A DNA stretch of 64,000 nt, from NCBI RefSeq assembly GCF_009914755.1, contig NC_060932.1; one strand, 5' to 3'. This DNA comes from the human T2T-CHM13v2.0 reference genome, Homo sapiens. The number at the start of each line of letters is the position of its first letter. Within the stretch, counting starts at the first letter, position 1. Positions 38,453 through 52,400 of this stretch are shown one piece after another. A program made the position numbers and the translations under genes. The notes under the pieces are model-generated. The model searched no databases. It was given only the letters and a program-made list of their open reading frames with translations, and was not told the origin of the DNA.

Positions 38453-41400
38453 GGTCCACAGGGTGGCCTGGGAGGGCTTAGGAACTCATGGGGGACGTTG
38501 AGGCAGGCAGAAGGGAGAGTTGTGAGACCTCAGGGAATGCTGGGAGCCTCCCACGGAGGTCTCTCCCATCACAGAACCCCCTAGGGCTGTCCCAGACAGG
38601 TTGTAATGCCCAGGCTTTGGAGCAGGATGCTTGTGTTCTCAAGGAAGTCCTCAAAAAGACAACGGGAGGCAGGATGGCATAGGCAGGTAGCAGGGACTCA
38701 GGCAGACATTGAAGCAGGCAGGGGATAAAAGCAGCAAGACAGCAGGCAATGCTGGGAGCCTCACAAGGAGGCCTTTTTCATCCCAGAAGCCTAGAAGACT
38801 GTCCCAGGCATGCTGTAAAACTTCAGGTTTTGAAGCACGGTGCCTGTGTCTCTAAGCATAAGGCCCCCACTAGAGAAAATGGAGCCATAGGGTGGCGAGG
38901 CCGAGCCAAAAGGACTCAGGGAGACGTAGAGGTCGGCAGAGGGGAGAAGCAGCGAGATTGCAGGAATGCTGGGGGCCTCCCAAGGAAGCCTCTCCCATCC
39001 AAGAATCCCCCAGGTCTGTCCTGGGTGGGATGTAAAGCTGCATGCTTTGGAGCAGGGTGACTTTGTCTTTCGGGGAAAGCCACCAGAGGTGAAAACTGGG
39101 CTGTAGTGTGAAGTGTGTGGGCCACAGGAACTCAGGGGGACCTTGAGACCGGCAGAGGAGAGACACAACAAGACCGCAGAGAATACTGTGAGCCTCCCTA
39201 AAAAAAAACTCTCCCATCCCAGAAGCCCCCAGGGCTGTCCCGGGTGGGCTGTAAAGTGCCAGGACCACCAGGCTATAAAGCAGTGTGCCTATGTGTCTCA
39301 CTGAAGGCCCCCTCAAGCAAAAACGGGACCCAGGGTGGCATCAGTGGGATGCAGGAACACACGGGACAGAGTCAGGCAGAGGAAAGAATCCTGGAGACTG
39401 CAAGGAATGCTGGGATCCTCCCATGGACGCCTCTACCTTCCCAGAAGGCCCCTGGATGTCCCAGGGGTGCTGTGTAGCCCCAGGCTTTGGAAAAGGGTGC
39501 GGCAGAGAATGGTGGGAGCATCCGAAGAACACCTCTCCCATACCAGAAGCCCCCAGGGCTGTCACTGGCTGGTTGTAAAGCCCCAGGCTTTGGAGGAGGG
39601 TCCCTGTGTCTCTCGCAGAAGGCCCCCACATGGAAAAACGGGGCCGCAGTGTGGCATGGGAGGGTCGCAGGAACTCAGGGAAAGGTTGACGTAGGTAGGA
39701 GAAAGAAGCGGTGAGACCTTAGGGAAGGCTGGGAGCACCCCAAGGAGGCCTCTCCCATCCCAGAAGACCCCAGAAGTGTCCAGGGCAGGCTGTAAAGGCC
39801 CTGACTTCAGAGCACGGTGCCTGTGTCTCTCGCGGTGTCCCCTACAAGTGAAAACGGGGCCGCATGGTGTCCTGGGGGGCAGCAGGGATCCACGGTGACA
39901 TTGAGGCGGGCAGAGGGGGGAAGAGGTGAGACGGCAGGGAATGCTGGGAAACTCCCAAGGACGAATCTCCTACTCCCACTCCCATCCCAGAAGCCCCCAG
40001 GACTGTTCCAGGAGGGCTGTAAAGGCCCAGACTTTGGAGCACGGAGCTTGTGTTTCTCACGCAAGGCCACCTTACGCAAAAACGGAAACACAGGGTGGCG
40101 TGCGAGGGCCACAGGGACTCAGGGGGGACGTTGAGGAAGGCAGAGGTGAGAAGCAGCAAGACCGCAGGGAATGCTGGGAGCCTCCCAAGGAGGCCTATCC
40201 CATTTCAGAAGCACCCAGGGCTGTCCCGGCCTGGTTGTAGTACCCCAGGCTTTGGAGCTGTGTGTCTGTGTCTCTCACGGAAGGCCCCCACAAGCGGAAA
40301 CAGGGCCACAGGGTGGTTTGGGCAGGCCACAAGGACTCAGGGGATCATTGAGGCAGGCAGAGGGGAGAAGCGACGAGACCAGAGGGAATGCTGGGCCCCT
40401 CCCTAAAAGGCCTCTCCTATTTCAGTAGACCCCAGTGCAGTCATGGGTGGGCTGTAAAGCACCAGGCTTTGGAGTAGGGTTTCAGTGTCTCTTGTGCAAG
40501 GCCTCCACAAGCAAAACTGGGGCCACTGGGTGGCTTGGGTGGGACAGACTGACCTAGATGATGTTGAGGCACGTAAAGGGGAGAAGCAGCAAGAACCCAG
40601 GGAATGCTGGGAGGCTCTCAAGGATGCCTCTCTTATTCCAGAGCCACTCAGATCTGTCTCAGACGGCTGTAATGCCCCTGGCTTTGGAGCAGGGTTTCTG
40701 TGTCTCTTGAGGAAGAACTCCAAAAGAGAAAATCAGGTGGCAGGGTGGTGTGAGCTGGCGACTAGGTTTCAGCAAAAGGTTGGCCAAGGCAGAGGGGAGA
40801 AGCGGCAAGACTGCATGGAAAGGCCTTTCATCCCAAAAGCCCCAAGAGCTGTCCTGGGCGGGCTGCAATGCCACAGGCTTTGGAGCAGTGTGTCTGTGTC
40901 TCTTGCTGACGGCCTCCAAAAGTGAAACAGAGCTGCGGGGTAGCTTGGGCGGGCAGCAGGGACACAGGGTGACATTGAACCAGGCAGAGGGGAGAAGCAG
41001 CGATACCACAGGGAATGCTGTGAGCCTCCGAAAAACACCTTTTTCCATCCCAGAAGTCCCCAGGACTGTCCTGGGTGTGCTGTAAACCTTCAAGTTTTGA
41101 AGCAGGGTGCCTGTCTCTCTAGCAGAAGGCCCCGAATAGGGACAAAGGGGCCATAGGATAGCCAGGGTGGGCTGCAGGGACCAAGGGAAACGTTGAGCCA
41201 GGCAGAAACAGAAGCATCGAGACCGCAGGGAATGCTTGGAGCTTCCCACAGAGGCCTCTCCCATCCCAGAAGCCCCCAGGGCTGTCCTGGGCGTGCTGTA
41301 AAACTTAAGCCTTTGTAGCAAAATGCCTGTGTCTTTCACGGGAAGCCACCACAAGTGAAAACGGTGCTGCAGGGTGGCCTGAAAGGGCCGCAGGGACTCA

Positions 41401-43085
41401 GGGGAACATGAGACAGGCAGTGGGGAGAAGTGATGAGACTTCACGGGATGCTGGGAACCTCCCAAGGATGCCTCTTCCATCCCAGAAGGCCCTAGGGCTG
41501 TACCAGATGGGCTGTAAAAGTTCAGGCTTTAAGGCAGGGTGCCTGTGTCTCCCACGCAAGACCTCCACAAGCATATTTGGGGCCTCAGGGTGGCGTGGGC
41601 TGGTGGCAGGGACATGAGGTGACATTGAGGCAGCCAGAGGGAGGGAAAGGTGAAATGGCAAGAAATGCTAGGAACCTCTCAAGGAGGCCTCTCCCTTCCC
41701 AGAAGTCCCCAGGACTGTACCGGGTGTGCTGTAAAGATTTGGGTTTTGAAGCAAGGTGTTTGCTTGGAAGGCCCCCACTGGTGAAAACAGGGCCAAGATG
41801 GACGGGCCGCAGGGACTCAGGGGGTCGTTAAGCCAGGAAGACGGGAGAAGCGTAGAGAACACAGGGAATGCTGGGAGCCTCCCAAGGAGGCCTCTCCCAA
41901 CCCAGAAGCCCCCAGGGCTCTTTTGGGAGTGCTGTAAAGCCTCCGGCTTTGGAGCAGTGTGAGTCTGTCTTTCGCAGAGAGCCCCAACAAGCAAAAACAG
42001 GGTCGAAAGGTGGCGTGGGCAGGCTGCAAGGAATCAGGGGTACATTGTGGCCGAAAGAGGGGAGAAGCGGCGAGGCTGCAGGGAATGCTGAGCGACTCCC
42101 AAAAAGGCCTGTCTCATCCCAGAAGACCCCAGACTTTTCCGGGTGGGCTGTAAAGCAACAGACTTTGGAGTAGTGTGCCTGTGACTCCCACAGACCTCCA
42201 CAAGCAAAAATGATATGGGCTGGCATGGGGACTTTGAGGCAGGCAGAGAGAAGAAGCGGCGAGAAAGCATGGAATGCTGGGAGCCTCCCATGGATGCCTC
42301 TTTCATCCCAGAAGCCCCCTGGACTCTCCCAGGCGAGCTGTAAAGCCCCAGGTTTTGTAGCAGGGTGTCAGTGTGTCTCGTGGAATGGTCACAGAAGCAA
42401 AAACTGGGTCGCAGTGTGGCGTGGGTGGGTCACAAGGACTCAAGGGGCAGTTGAAGCAGGCAGATGGGAGAAGGGACGAGAACGCAGGGAATACTGGAAG
42501 GCCCCGAAGAAGGCCTCTCCCATCACAGAAGCTTGTAGGGCTGTCCCAGACGGGCTGTAATGCCCCAGACTTTGGAGCAGAGTTCCTGTGTCTCTCACGG
42601 AAGACCCCTAAAATAGACTACGGGGTGGCAGGGTAGCGTGGGAGGGCTGCAGGGACTCAAGGGGATGTTGAGGCAGACAGAAGGGAGAAGCGGTGAGACC
42701 GCAAAGCATGCTGGGAGTATCCCAAGGAGGTCTTTCCCATCCCAGAAGCCTCTACGTGTGTCCCTGGCAGGCTGTAAAGCACCTGGCTTAAGAGCAGGAT
42801 GCCTGTGTCTTTCCAAGAAGGTCCCCAAAAGGGAAAATGGGGTCGCAGGGTGCCGTGGCCAGGCGTCAGGGACTCAAAGTGACATTAAGTCAGGAAGATG
42901 GGAAAAGCAGCAAGAACGCAGGGAATGCTGAGAGCCTCCGATGAAGGCCTCTCCGATCCTAGAAGCCCCCAGGACTGTCCCTGGTGGGCTGTGAAACCCC
43001 AGGCTTTAAAGAAGGACGCCCGTGTCTTTTGCAAATAGCCCCCACACGCAAAAACAGGACCACAGGTTCGCATGCACAGGGCACA

Positions 43086-43109
43086 GGGTGGCGTGGGCGG
43101 GCCACAGGG
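43086..43109 (+). other. Canonical G-quadruplex-type motif (example of a per-monomer motif)
   Basis: GGG-TGGCGT-GGG-C-GGG-CCACA-GGG fits G3N1-7 x4. Another intact example is 18155-18179 (GGG-T-GGG-CCGCC-GGG-ACTCA-GGGGG). Folding is not demonstrated. Confidence 0.6.
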
Positions 43110-43262
43110 ACTCAAGGTTATGTTGAGGCAGGCAGCGGGGAGAAGCGGCAAGACTGCAGAGAATTCTGGGAGTGACCCAAAGAGGCCTCTTCCAACCCAG
43201 AAACCGCCAGGGGTGTCTGGGGGCAGGCTGTAAAGCCCCAGGGCTCGGAGCGGGGTGCCTGT

Positions 43263-43441
43263 GTCTATTTTAAGGGTCTTCTGTGAGAGACACAGGAACC
43301 CTGCTCCAAAGCCTGGGGCATTAGAGCCCGTCCCGGACAGCCCTATGAGCTTCTGTGATGGGAGAGACCTCTGTGGGAGCCTCCCAACATTCCCTGCGTT
43401 CTCATCCATTCTCCCCTCTCCCTGCCTCAACGGACCCCTGA
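43263..43441 (-). repeat. 179-bp inverted partial monomer inserted within a plus-orientation monomer
   Basis: GTCTATTTTAAGGGTCTTCTGTGAGAGACACAGG...CCTGCCTCAACGGACCCCTGA is reverse-orientation monomer sequence. The flanks ...GGTGCCTGTGTCT and GAAGGCCTCATACAAGCG are nearly contiguous in monomer phase. Confidence 0.93.
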
Positions 43442-46400
43442 AGGCCTCATACAAGCGAAAATGGGGCCACATGGTGATGGTGGCTTGGGTGGGCGGCAAA
43501 GACCCAGGGTGACCTTGAGGCAGGCAGAGGGGGGAAGAGTCCAGACGGCAGGGAATGCTGGGAGCCTCCTAAGGATGAATCTTCTATCTCAGAAGACCCC
43601 AGGATTGTTCCTGGAGGGATGTAAAGCCCGAGGCTTCAAAGCAGGATGCCTGTGTTTCTCGTAAATGGCCCCCACAAGTGAAAACAGGGAGGCAGGGTGG
43701 CATGGCCAGGCCGCAGGGACTATGGTGGACATTGTGGCAGGCAGAGGTGAGAAGCAGTGAGACCGCAGGGAATGCTGGGAGCCTCCTAGGGATGTCTCTC
43801 CCACCCCAGAAGCTTCCATGGTTGTTTCGGATGGGCTGTAATACCCCATGCTTTGGTGCAGGACGACTGTGTCTCTAGCAGAAGATCCCCAACAGAGACA
43901 ACAGGGCGGCTGGGTGGCATGGGCCGATCGTAGGAACCCAGGGAGACATTGAGGCAAGCATAGAGGAGAAGCAACGAGACCGTAGGGAATGCTGAGAGCC
44001 TTCCAAGGAGGTGTCTCCCATCCCAGAAGCTCCTAGGACTGTCCTGGACAGGCTGTAAGGCCCAAGACTTTGGAGCAGAGTGTCTGTGTCTCTCTTGGAA
44101 GACCCCCTCAAGCAAAAACAGTGCCGCAGTGTGGCCTGGGCGGGCCACAGGGACTCAGGGAGACGTTGAGGCAGGCAGAGGAAAGAAGCGGCGAGACCGC
44201 AGGGAATGCTGGGAGCCTTCCTAAAAGACCTATCCCATCCCAGAAGCTCCCCAAACTATCCTGGGTGGGCTATAAAGCCCCAGGCTTTGGAACAGCGTGC
44301 TTGTGTCTCTCGCAAAATACTCCCACAAGCAAAAACAAGGCCGCAGGGTGGCGTGGGCTGGCTGCAGGGTGGCGTGGGAGGGCCGCAGGGACTCAGGTGG
44401 AAATTGTGGCAGGCAGAGATGAGAAGCAGCAAGACCTCAGAGAATGCTGGAAGCCTCACAAGGACATCTCTCATCCCAGAAGCACCCAGGGCTGTCCCGG
44501 CAAGCTTTTATGTCCCAGTCTTTAGAGCAGGGAGCCTGTGTCTCTCGCAGAAGACATACAAAAGAGAGAATGAGGTGGCAGGGTGGCGTGCATGGGCAGC
44601 AGGGACTCACGGACACTTTGAGGCAGGCAGATGAGAGAAGCAGCAGGACCACATGGAATGCTGGGAGCCTCCCAAGGAGGCCTCTTTCATCCCAGAAGCC
44701 CCCAGGACTGTCCCGGGCGTGCTGTAATGCTTCAGGTTTTGAAGCAGAGTGCCTGTGTCTCTAGCGGAAGGCTCCCACAAGCGGAAAAGGGGCTGCAGTG
44801 TGGCGTCGACAGGCCACAGGGACTCAGGGGGAAGTTGAAACCAGTAGAGGGAAGAATTGGCAAGACTGCAGGGAATGCTGCGACCCTCCCAAGGAGGCCT
44901 CTCCCATCCTAGAAGCCCCCAGGTCTGTCACGGATAGGCTGTAGTGTCCCAGGCTTTGGAATAGGTTGCCTGTGTCTGTGGCAGGTTTCCACAGGCGAAA
45001 ATGGGGCCACTGGGTGGCCTGAACGAGCCAAAGGGACTCAGGGTGACACTGAGGCAGGGAGAAGGGACAAGCAGCGAGCCCACAAGGAATTCTGGGAGCC
45101 TTCCAAGGAGGGCTTTCTCATCCCAGACGCCCCCATATCTGTTCCGGGCAGGCTATAAAGCCCAAGGCTTTGGAGCAGGGTGCCTGTTTCTCTCGCGGAA
45201 GGCCCGACAAGAGAAACCCGGGCCGCAGGTGGCGTTGGCGGGCCGAAGGTACTCAGGATGACGTTAAGGCAGGAAGAGGAGAGCCACGGCGAGATCGCAG
45301 AGAATGGTCAGAGCCTCCCTAGAAGGCCTCTCCCATTCCAGAAGCCCCCAGGACTTTCCCAGGCAGGCTGTAAAGCACCAAGCTTTGGAGCAAGGTGACT
45401 GTGTCTCTTGAGGAAGGCCGCCACAACCAAAAACGTGGCCGCCTGATGGCGTGGCTGGGCTGCAGGGACTCAGGGGGATGTGGAGGCAGGCAGAAAGGAG
45501 AAGCAACGAGACTGCAGGAAATGCTAGGAGCCTCCCAAGAAGGACTTTCTTATCCCAGGAGTTTCAAGGGCTGTCCTGGTCGGGCTGTAAAGCCCCAGGC
45601 CTTGGAACAGGGTGCCTGTGTCTCTCATTGAAGGCCCCAACAAGAGAAAACGGTGCTGCAGGGTGGCGTGCGCTGGCCGCAGGGACTCAGGAGGATGTTG
45701 AGGGAGACAGAGGGGTGAAGCGGTGAGACCACTGGGAATTCTGGGAGCCTCCGAAGGAGGCCTATCCCTTATCAGAAGCCCCCAGGTCTCTCCCGGGTGG
45801 GCTGAAAAGCCCCAGGCTTTGGAGAAGTTGCCTGTGTCTCTGGCGGAAGGCCCTCACAAGCGAATACAAGGCTGCAGGGTGGCGTGGACCGGCCGCAGGG
45901 ACTCAGGGAAACATTGAGGTAGACAGAGGGTAGAAGAGGCAAGACCGCAGGGAATGCTGGGAGCCTCCCAAGGAGGCCTCCCTCATTCCGGAATCCCTCA
46001 GGGATGTCCCGGGAGGGCTGTTAAGCCTCAGGCTATAGAGCAGGGTGCCTGTGTTTCTCGCGGAAGGCCTCCACAAGCGACAATGTTGTCGCAGTGTGGC
46101 GTGGGCATGCCACCGGGACTCAGGGAGACGTTGATGCAGGCAGAGGAACGAAGCAGTGATACCGCAGCGAACACTGGGAGCCTTTCAATCAGGCCTCTCT
46201 TATTTCAGAAGCCCCCAGAGCTGTCCCAGGAGGGTTGTAAAGCCCCAGGCTTTGGAGCAGGGTGCCTGTGTCTGTCGCGAAAATTCCCCACATGTAAAAC
46301 ACGGTGCTGCAGGAAGCTGTCATCAGGCCACAGGGACTAAGGGGAACGTTCAGGGAGGCAGAGGACAGAAGCGCTTTTGTCTCTTGTGCAAGGCCAACAC

Positions 46401-49400
46401 ATTCGAGAATGAGGCTGCAGAGGGGGCATGGGCGCCCGTAGGGTCTCAGGGACATGTTGAGGCAGGCAGAAGGGAGAAGCGGCGATACCGCAGGGAATGA
46501 TGGGAGCCTCCCTAAAAGGTTTCTCCTATTTCAGAAGCCCCCAGGGCTTTCTCACTGGAAGTGTAAAGCCCCAGGCTTCAGAGCAGAGTGCCTGCGTCTC
46601 CCGCAGAAGGCCAATTCAAGCGAGAATGGGGCCGCAGTGTGACGTGGGTGAACTGCAGTTACTCAGGGGGACGTTGAGGCAGGCAGAGGGGAGAAGTAGT
46701 TATACCGCAGGGAATGCTAGGAGTCTCCCAAAAAGGTCTCTCCCGTCCCAGAAGCCCCAAGGGCTGTCCCCACGAAATGTAAAGCCCCAGGCTTTGGAGG
46801 AGGGTGCCTGTGTCTCTCTCAGAAAGCCACCACAAGTGACAACGGGTCCGCATGATGGTGTGGGCCAGCCGCAGCGACTCAGGGAAACATTGAAGTTGGC
46901 AGAGAGGAGAAGAGCCGAGACTTCAGGGAACGCTGGGAGCCTCCCAAGATGGCCTCTCTCATCCCAGCAGCCCTCAGAAATATTCCGGTCAGGCTCTTAA
47001 TCCCCAGACTTAGAGCAGGGTGCCTGTGTCTGTTCCAGAAGGCCCTCAGAAGCGAAAAAGGGGTCGCAGCGTGGCTCTGGCAAGCGCCGAGTCTCAGTGG
47101 GACATTTAGGCAGGCAGAGGGAAGAAGCCGTGATACCACAGGGAATGCTGGGAGCCTCCCAAGGGGGCCTCTCCCATTTCAGAAGCCCTCAGGGATGTCC
47201 CGGGTGGGCTGTAAAGCCCCAGGCTTTAGAGCACAGTGCCTGTGTCTCTCCCTAAAGGCTCCCACAAGTGAAAACACGGCCACACAATGGAGTGCGCGGG
47301 CTGCAGAAACTCAGGGAGACATTGAGGCCGGCAGAGGACAGAAGCGCTGAGATCTCAAAGAATGCTGGTACCCGCCCAAATTGGCCTCTTTCATCTCAGA
47401 ATCCCCCAAAGCTGCTTCGGGCGGGCTGTAAAACCCAAGGCTTTGGAACAGGATGCTCGTGTCTCTCATGGAAGGCTTCCATGAGTGAAAACAGGGCTGC
47501 AGGGTGGCGTCGGCGAGTGGCAGAGACTCAGGGAGACATTGAGGCAGGCAGGAAAAAGAAGTGGTGAGACTGCAGGGAATGCTGAGAGCCTCCCAAGGAA
47601 GCCTCTCCCATTCCAGAAGTACCCAGGGCTGTATCAAGCAGGCTGTAAAGCCCCAGGCTTTGGAGAAGGGTGCCTGTTTCTCTCGCAGAAGACCCCGACA
47701 AGCGAAAATGGGGCCACAGGGTGGCGTAGGCAGGCCACAGGGACTCAGGGGGCCATGGAGGCAGGCAGAGGGAAGAAGTGGAAAGACGGCAGAAAATGTT
47801 GGGAGCTTCCCAAAAGGCCACCTCTATCCCAGAAGCCCCCAGGCTTGTCCCGGGTGGGCTGTAAAGCCTCAGGCTTTGGAGCAGGGTGGCTGTGTCTCTG
47901 GCAGAAGGCCCCCAAAAGCCAAAACGGGGCCACAGGGTGGACTGAGCCTACCACAGGGACTCAGGGAGACATTGAGTCAGGCAGAGGGGAGAAGCAGCAA
48001 GGCCACAGGGAATGCTGGGAGTCTTTCAAAGAGGCCTCTTTTATCCCAGAATCGCCCAGGTCTGTCCCAGGTGGGCTATAAATCTCCAAACTTTGGAGCA
48101 GGGTGTCTGTGTCTCTCACGGAAGGCACGTAGAAGCAAAAACTGGGAAGCAGGGTTGCCTGAGCCAGCGGCAAGGACTCAGGGGGACGTTGAGGCTGGCA
48201 GACGGAAGAAGCGACGTGACTGCAGAAAATGCTGGGAGCCTCCCAAAAAGTCCTCTCCCATGCCAGAATCCCCCAGGGTTGTCCCGGGCAGGTCATAAAG
48301 CCCCAGGCTTTGAAGCAGGGTGCCTGTGGTTCTCCCTTAAGGCCTTCAAAAGTGAAAACGGGACTGCAGGGTGGCGTGGGAAAGACACTGGGACACAGGG
48401 GGACGTTAAGGCAGGCAGAGGGGTGAAGTGATAAGACCTTGCGGATGCTGGGAACCTCCCAAGGATGCCTCTCTTACACCATAAGGCCCCAGGGCTGTCG
48501 CCAGCGGGCTCTAAATCCCCAGGCTTTGGAGCAGATTGCCTGTGTCTCTCATGGAAGATCCCCACAAGCAAAAATGAGGCCGCTGGGTGACGTGGGCAAG
48601 CCACAGGGACACAGAATAACATTGAGGCAGGCCGAAGGGAGATGCAGCAATATCGCAGGGAATGCCTTTAGACTTTTGAGGAGGCCTCTCCCATCCCAGA
48701 AGCCCCCAGGCTCTTCCGGGCGGGTTGCAAAGCCCCAGGATTTGGAACACGGTGACTGTGTCTCTTGAGGAAGGCCCTCACAGCCAAAACGGGGCCGCAG
48801 AGTGGCGTCGGCAAGCCGCAAAAACTCAGGGGGACGTTGAGGCAGGCAGAGGCGAGATGCGGCGAGTACGAAGGGATTGCTGGGAGTCTCCCAAGCAGGC
48901 CCCAGAGCTGTCCCAGGCAGGCCTTAAAGTTCCAGGCTTTGGAACAGGGTTCCTGTGTCTCTTGAGAAAGTCCCCTACAATACTAAACGTGGTCGCAGGG
49001 TGGCGTGGGCGAGCTGCAGGAACTCAGGGAATCGTTGAGGCAGGCAGAGGGGAGAAGCGACCAGAAGGTAGGCAATGCTGGAAGCCTCCCAAGGAGGGCT
49101 CTCTCATCGCAGAAGCCCCCGGCCTGTCCCAGGCGGGTTGTAACGCCACAGGCTTTGAAGCAGGGTGCCTGTGTTTCTGGCGGAAAGCCCGCAGAAGCGA
49201 AAACGGACACACATCGTTGCCTGGGAAAGTGGCAGAGACTCAGGGGGATGTTGAGTCTGGCAGAGGGAAGAACTGACCAGACCGCAGAAAATGCTAGGAG
49301 CCTCCCAAAGAGGCCTCTCCTATGCCAGAAACCCCCATGGCTGTCCGGGGCGGGTTGTAAAGCCCCAGGCTTTGGAGCAGGGTGCCTGTGTTTCTCGCGG

Positions 49401-52400
49401 AAGCTTCCCACAAGCAAAAACGTGTCTGCAGGGTAGTGTGGAGGTCCGAAGGGACTCAGGGGGACTTTGCAGCAGGCAGAGGGGAGAAGCCATGAGACAG
49501 CAGAATATGCTCAAAGCCTACCAAGGCGACCTCACCCATCTCAAAAGCCCCCAGAACCTTCCCAGGAGGGCTGTAAAGCTTCACGCTTTGGAGCAGGGTG
49601 CCTGTGTCTCTCAGGAAAGGCACGCAGGAGCAAAAACAGGGCCGCAGGGTGGCGTGGGCGGGACAGAGGTACTCAGGAGGACGTTCAAGCAGGGAGAGGG
49701 GAGAAGCAGCGAGATCACAGGAAATCCTGTGAGACTGCCAAGAAAACCTCTCCCATCCCAGAAGACCCCAAGCTGTCCCAGGCAAGCTGCAAAGCCCCAT
49801 CCTTCAGAGTCGGTTGCATGTGTCTCTCATGGAATACCCACACAAGCAAAAACGGGGCCTCAGGGTGCCGTCAGCTGACCACAAGGACTCAGAGGGACAT
49901 TGAGGCAGGCAGAGGGAAGAAGCAGCGAGACAGCAGGGAATGCTGTGAGCTTTTCTAGGAGGGATCTCCCATCCCAGAACTCCCTAGGGCGGCCCCGGGT
50001 GCTCTGTAAATCCCCGCCTTTGGAGCAGGGTGCGGTGTCTCTTGAGGAAGGCCCACACAAGCGAAAACGGGGCCCCAGGATGGCGTGGGTAGGCTGCAGG
50101 GACTCAGCGGGACGTTGAGGCGGGCAGCGAGTAAAAGCGTCAAGACCACAGGAAGTGCTGGGAGCCTCCCAAGGAGGCCTCTCCCATCCCAGAAACCGCC
50201 CGCGTTGTACCAGGCAGGCTGTAAAGCCTCAGGCTTTGGAGCAGGGTTCCTGGATCTCTCACAGAAGGCCTCCACAAATGAAAACGGGGCTGCAGGCTGG
50301 TGTGGGTGGGCTGCAGGGACTCAGGGGGATGTTGGGGCAGGAGCGGGTAGAAGCACCAAGAAAGCAGGGAATGCTGGGAGCCTCCCAAGGAGGCCTCTCG
50401 CGTTCCAGAAGCCCCCAGTCTGTATTGAGTGCGCTGTAAACCCCAGGGCTCTAGAGCAGGATGCCTGTGTCTCTCGCCGATGGTTCCCACAAGCAAGAAC
50501 AGGGAGGCAAATTTGCGTGGGCGGGCTGCAGGGACTCGGGGGGGACCTTGAGGCAGGCAGAGGGAAGAAGCAGCCCAACCGCAGGGAATGCTGGGAGCCT
50601 CCCAAGGATGCCTCTCCTATCCCAGAAGCCCTCAGGGCTGTCCCGGGCAGGCTGTAAAGCCCCAGGCTTTAGAGCAGGGTGCCTATGTCTTTTGCCAAAG
50701 CCCACCAAAAGCAAAAATGGGGCTGCAGGGTGGCGTGGGTGTGCGGCAGGGACGTGCGGGCTGGAAGAGGGGAAAATCGTCGAGATTGCAGGGAATGCTG
50801 GGAGACTCACCAAAAGGCCTCTTCCACCCTAGAAGACCCAGGGCTTTCCCGGGCAAGCTGTAAAGTTCCAGGCCTCGGAGCAAGGTGCTTGTGTCTCTCC
50901 ATTAAGGCGCCCACAAGCGAACACGGGTTCATGGGCGGGACACAGAAACTCAGCGGGACGTTGAGGCAGGCAGAGCAGAGAAGCTGCGAGACTGCATGGA
51001 ATGCTGGGAGTCTCCCAGTGAATCCTCTCCCTCCAGGAAGCATTCAGGGCTCTCCTGGGCAGGCAGTAAGGCCCCAAACCTTGGAGCAAGGTTCCTGTGT
51101 CTCTTCCTTAAGGCTCCCACAAGCTAAAACAAATGCAAGGTGGTGTGGGCGGGACACAGCAACAAAGGAGGGCATTGAGACAGGCACAACAAAGAAGCGG
51201 TGAAACCACTGGAAATGCTGAGAGACTGCAAAAAAACTCTCTCATCCCAGAAGCCACCAGGACTGTAATGGGCAGGGTGTAAAACCCCAGGCTTCGGAGC
51301 AGGGTGCCTGTGTCACTGAGGGAAGAACCCCACAAGAGATAACGGGGCCACAGGGTGTCCTAGGCAGGCCGCAGGTACTCAAGTGGACGTTGAGGGAGGC
51401 AGAGGGGAGAAGGGATGAGACCGCAGGGAAAGCTGTGAAAATTGTAAACATGCCTCTCCCATCCCAGAAACACCCAGAGCTGTCCCTGGTGGGCTGCAGT
51501 CCTCAGGCTTTGGAGCAGGGTGCCTGTGTGTCTCACAAAAGTTTCTTGCAAGCAAAAATGGGGCCGCAGTGTGGCGTGGTGGGGCATCAGGGACTCAGGG
51601 GGACGTTGAGGCAGGCAGATGAGAGAAGCGGCGAGATGGTAGAGAATGCTGGGAGCCTCCTAAGAAGGCATCTCTTATCCCAGAAGCCCTCAGGGCTTTC
51701 CCAGGAGGGCTGTAAAGATCCAGGCTTTGGAGGAGGATGCCTGTGTTTCTTAAAGAAGGTTCCCACATGCGAAAATGCAGCTGCTGGGTTGGGTTGGCAG
51801 GATGCAGGGACTCAGGGAAACGTTGAAGAAGGCAGAGGGGCCAAGCAGAGAGACCTCAGGAAATGCTGGGAGCATCCCCGGAGACCTCTCCCATGTCAGA
51901 ATTCCCCAGGGCAGTCCCAGGAGGGCAGTAAACCACATAGCTTTGGAAAAGACGGACTGTGTCTTTCACAGAAGGCCCCCACAAGCGAAAACTGGGCCGC
52001 AGGGTGGCGTGGCGTGCCGCCGAGACTCTGGGAGACCTTGAGGCAGGCAGAGGGGAAACGCGTCATGACCTCAAGGAATGCTGGGAGCCTCCCAAAGAAA
52101 ACGCTCCCATTTTAGGAGCCCCCAGGTCTGTCCAGGGCGGGTTGTAAAGCCCCAGGCTTTGGAGTAGGGTTCCTGGGTCTCTCTTGGGAGACCTCCACAA
52201 TGTAAACGGGGCTGCAGGGAGGCATTGGCAGGCCGCTCAGACTCAGGGGGACGTTGAAGCAGGCAGAGATTAGAAGTGGCGAGATCGTAGGAAATGCTGG
52301 GAGCCTCCCAAGAAGATCTCACTCATCCCAGATGCCCCCAGGGTTGTACTGAGCGGGTTGTAAAGCCCCAGGCTTTGGAGCAGGATGCTTGTGTCTCTCG

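Larger units (their letters stand above)
35898..43266 (+). repeat. Satellite domain 3, G-rich strand on plus
   Basis: Continuous plus-orientation monomers between the two inverted inserts. Confidence 0.95.
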
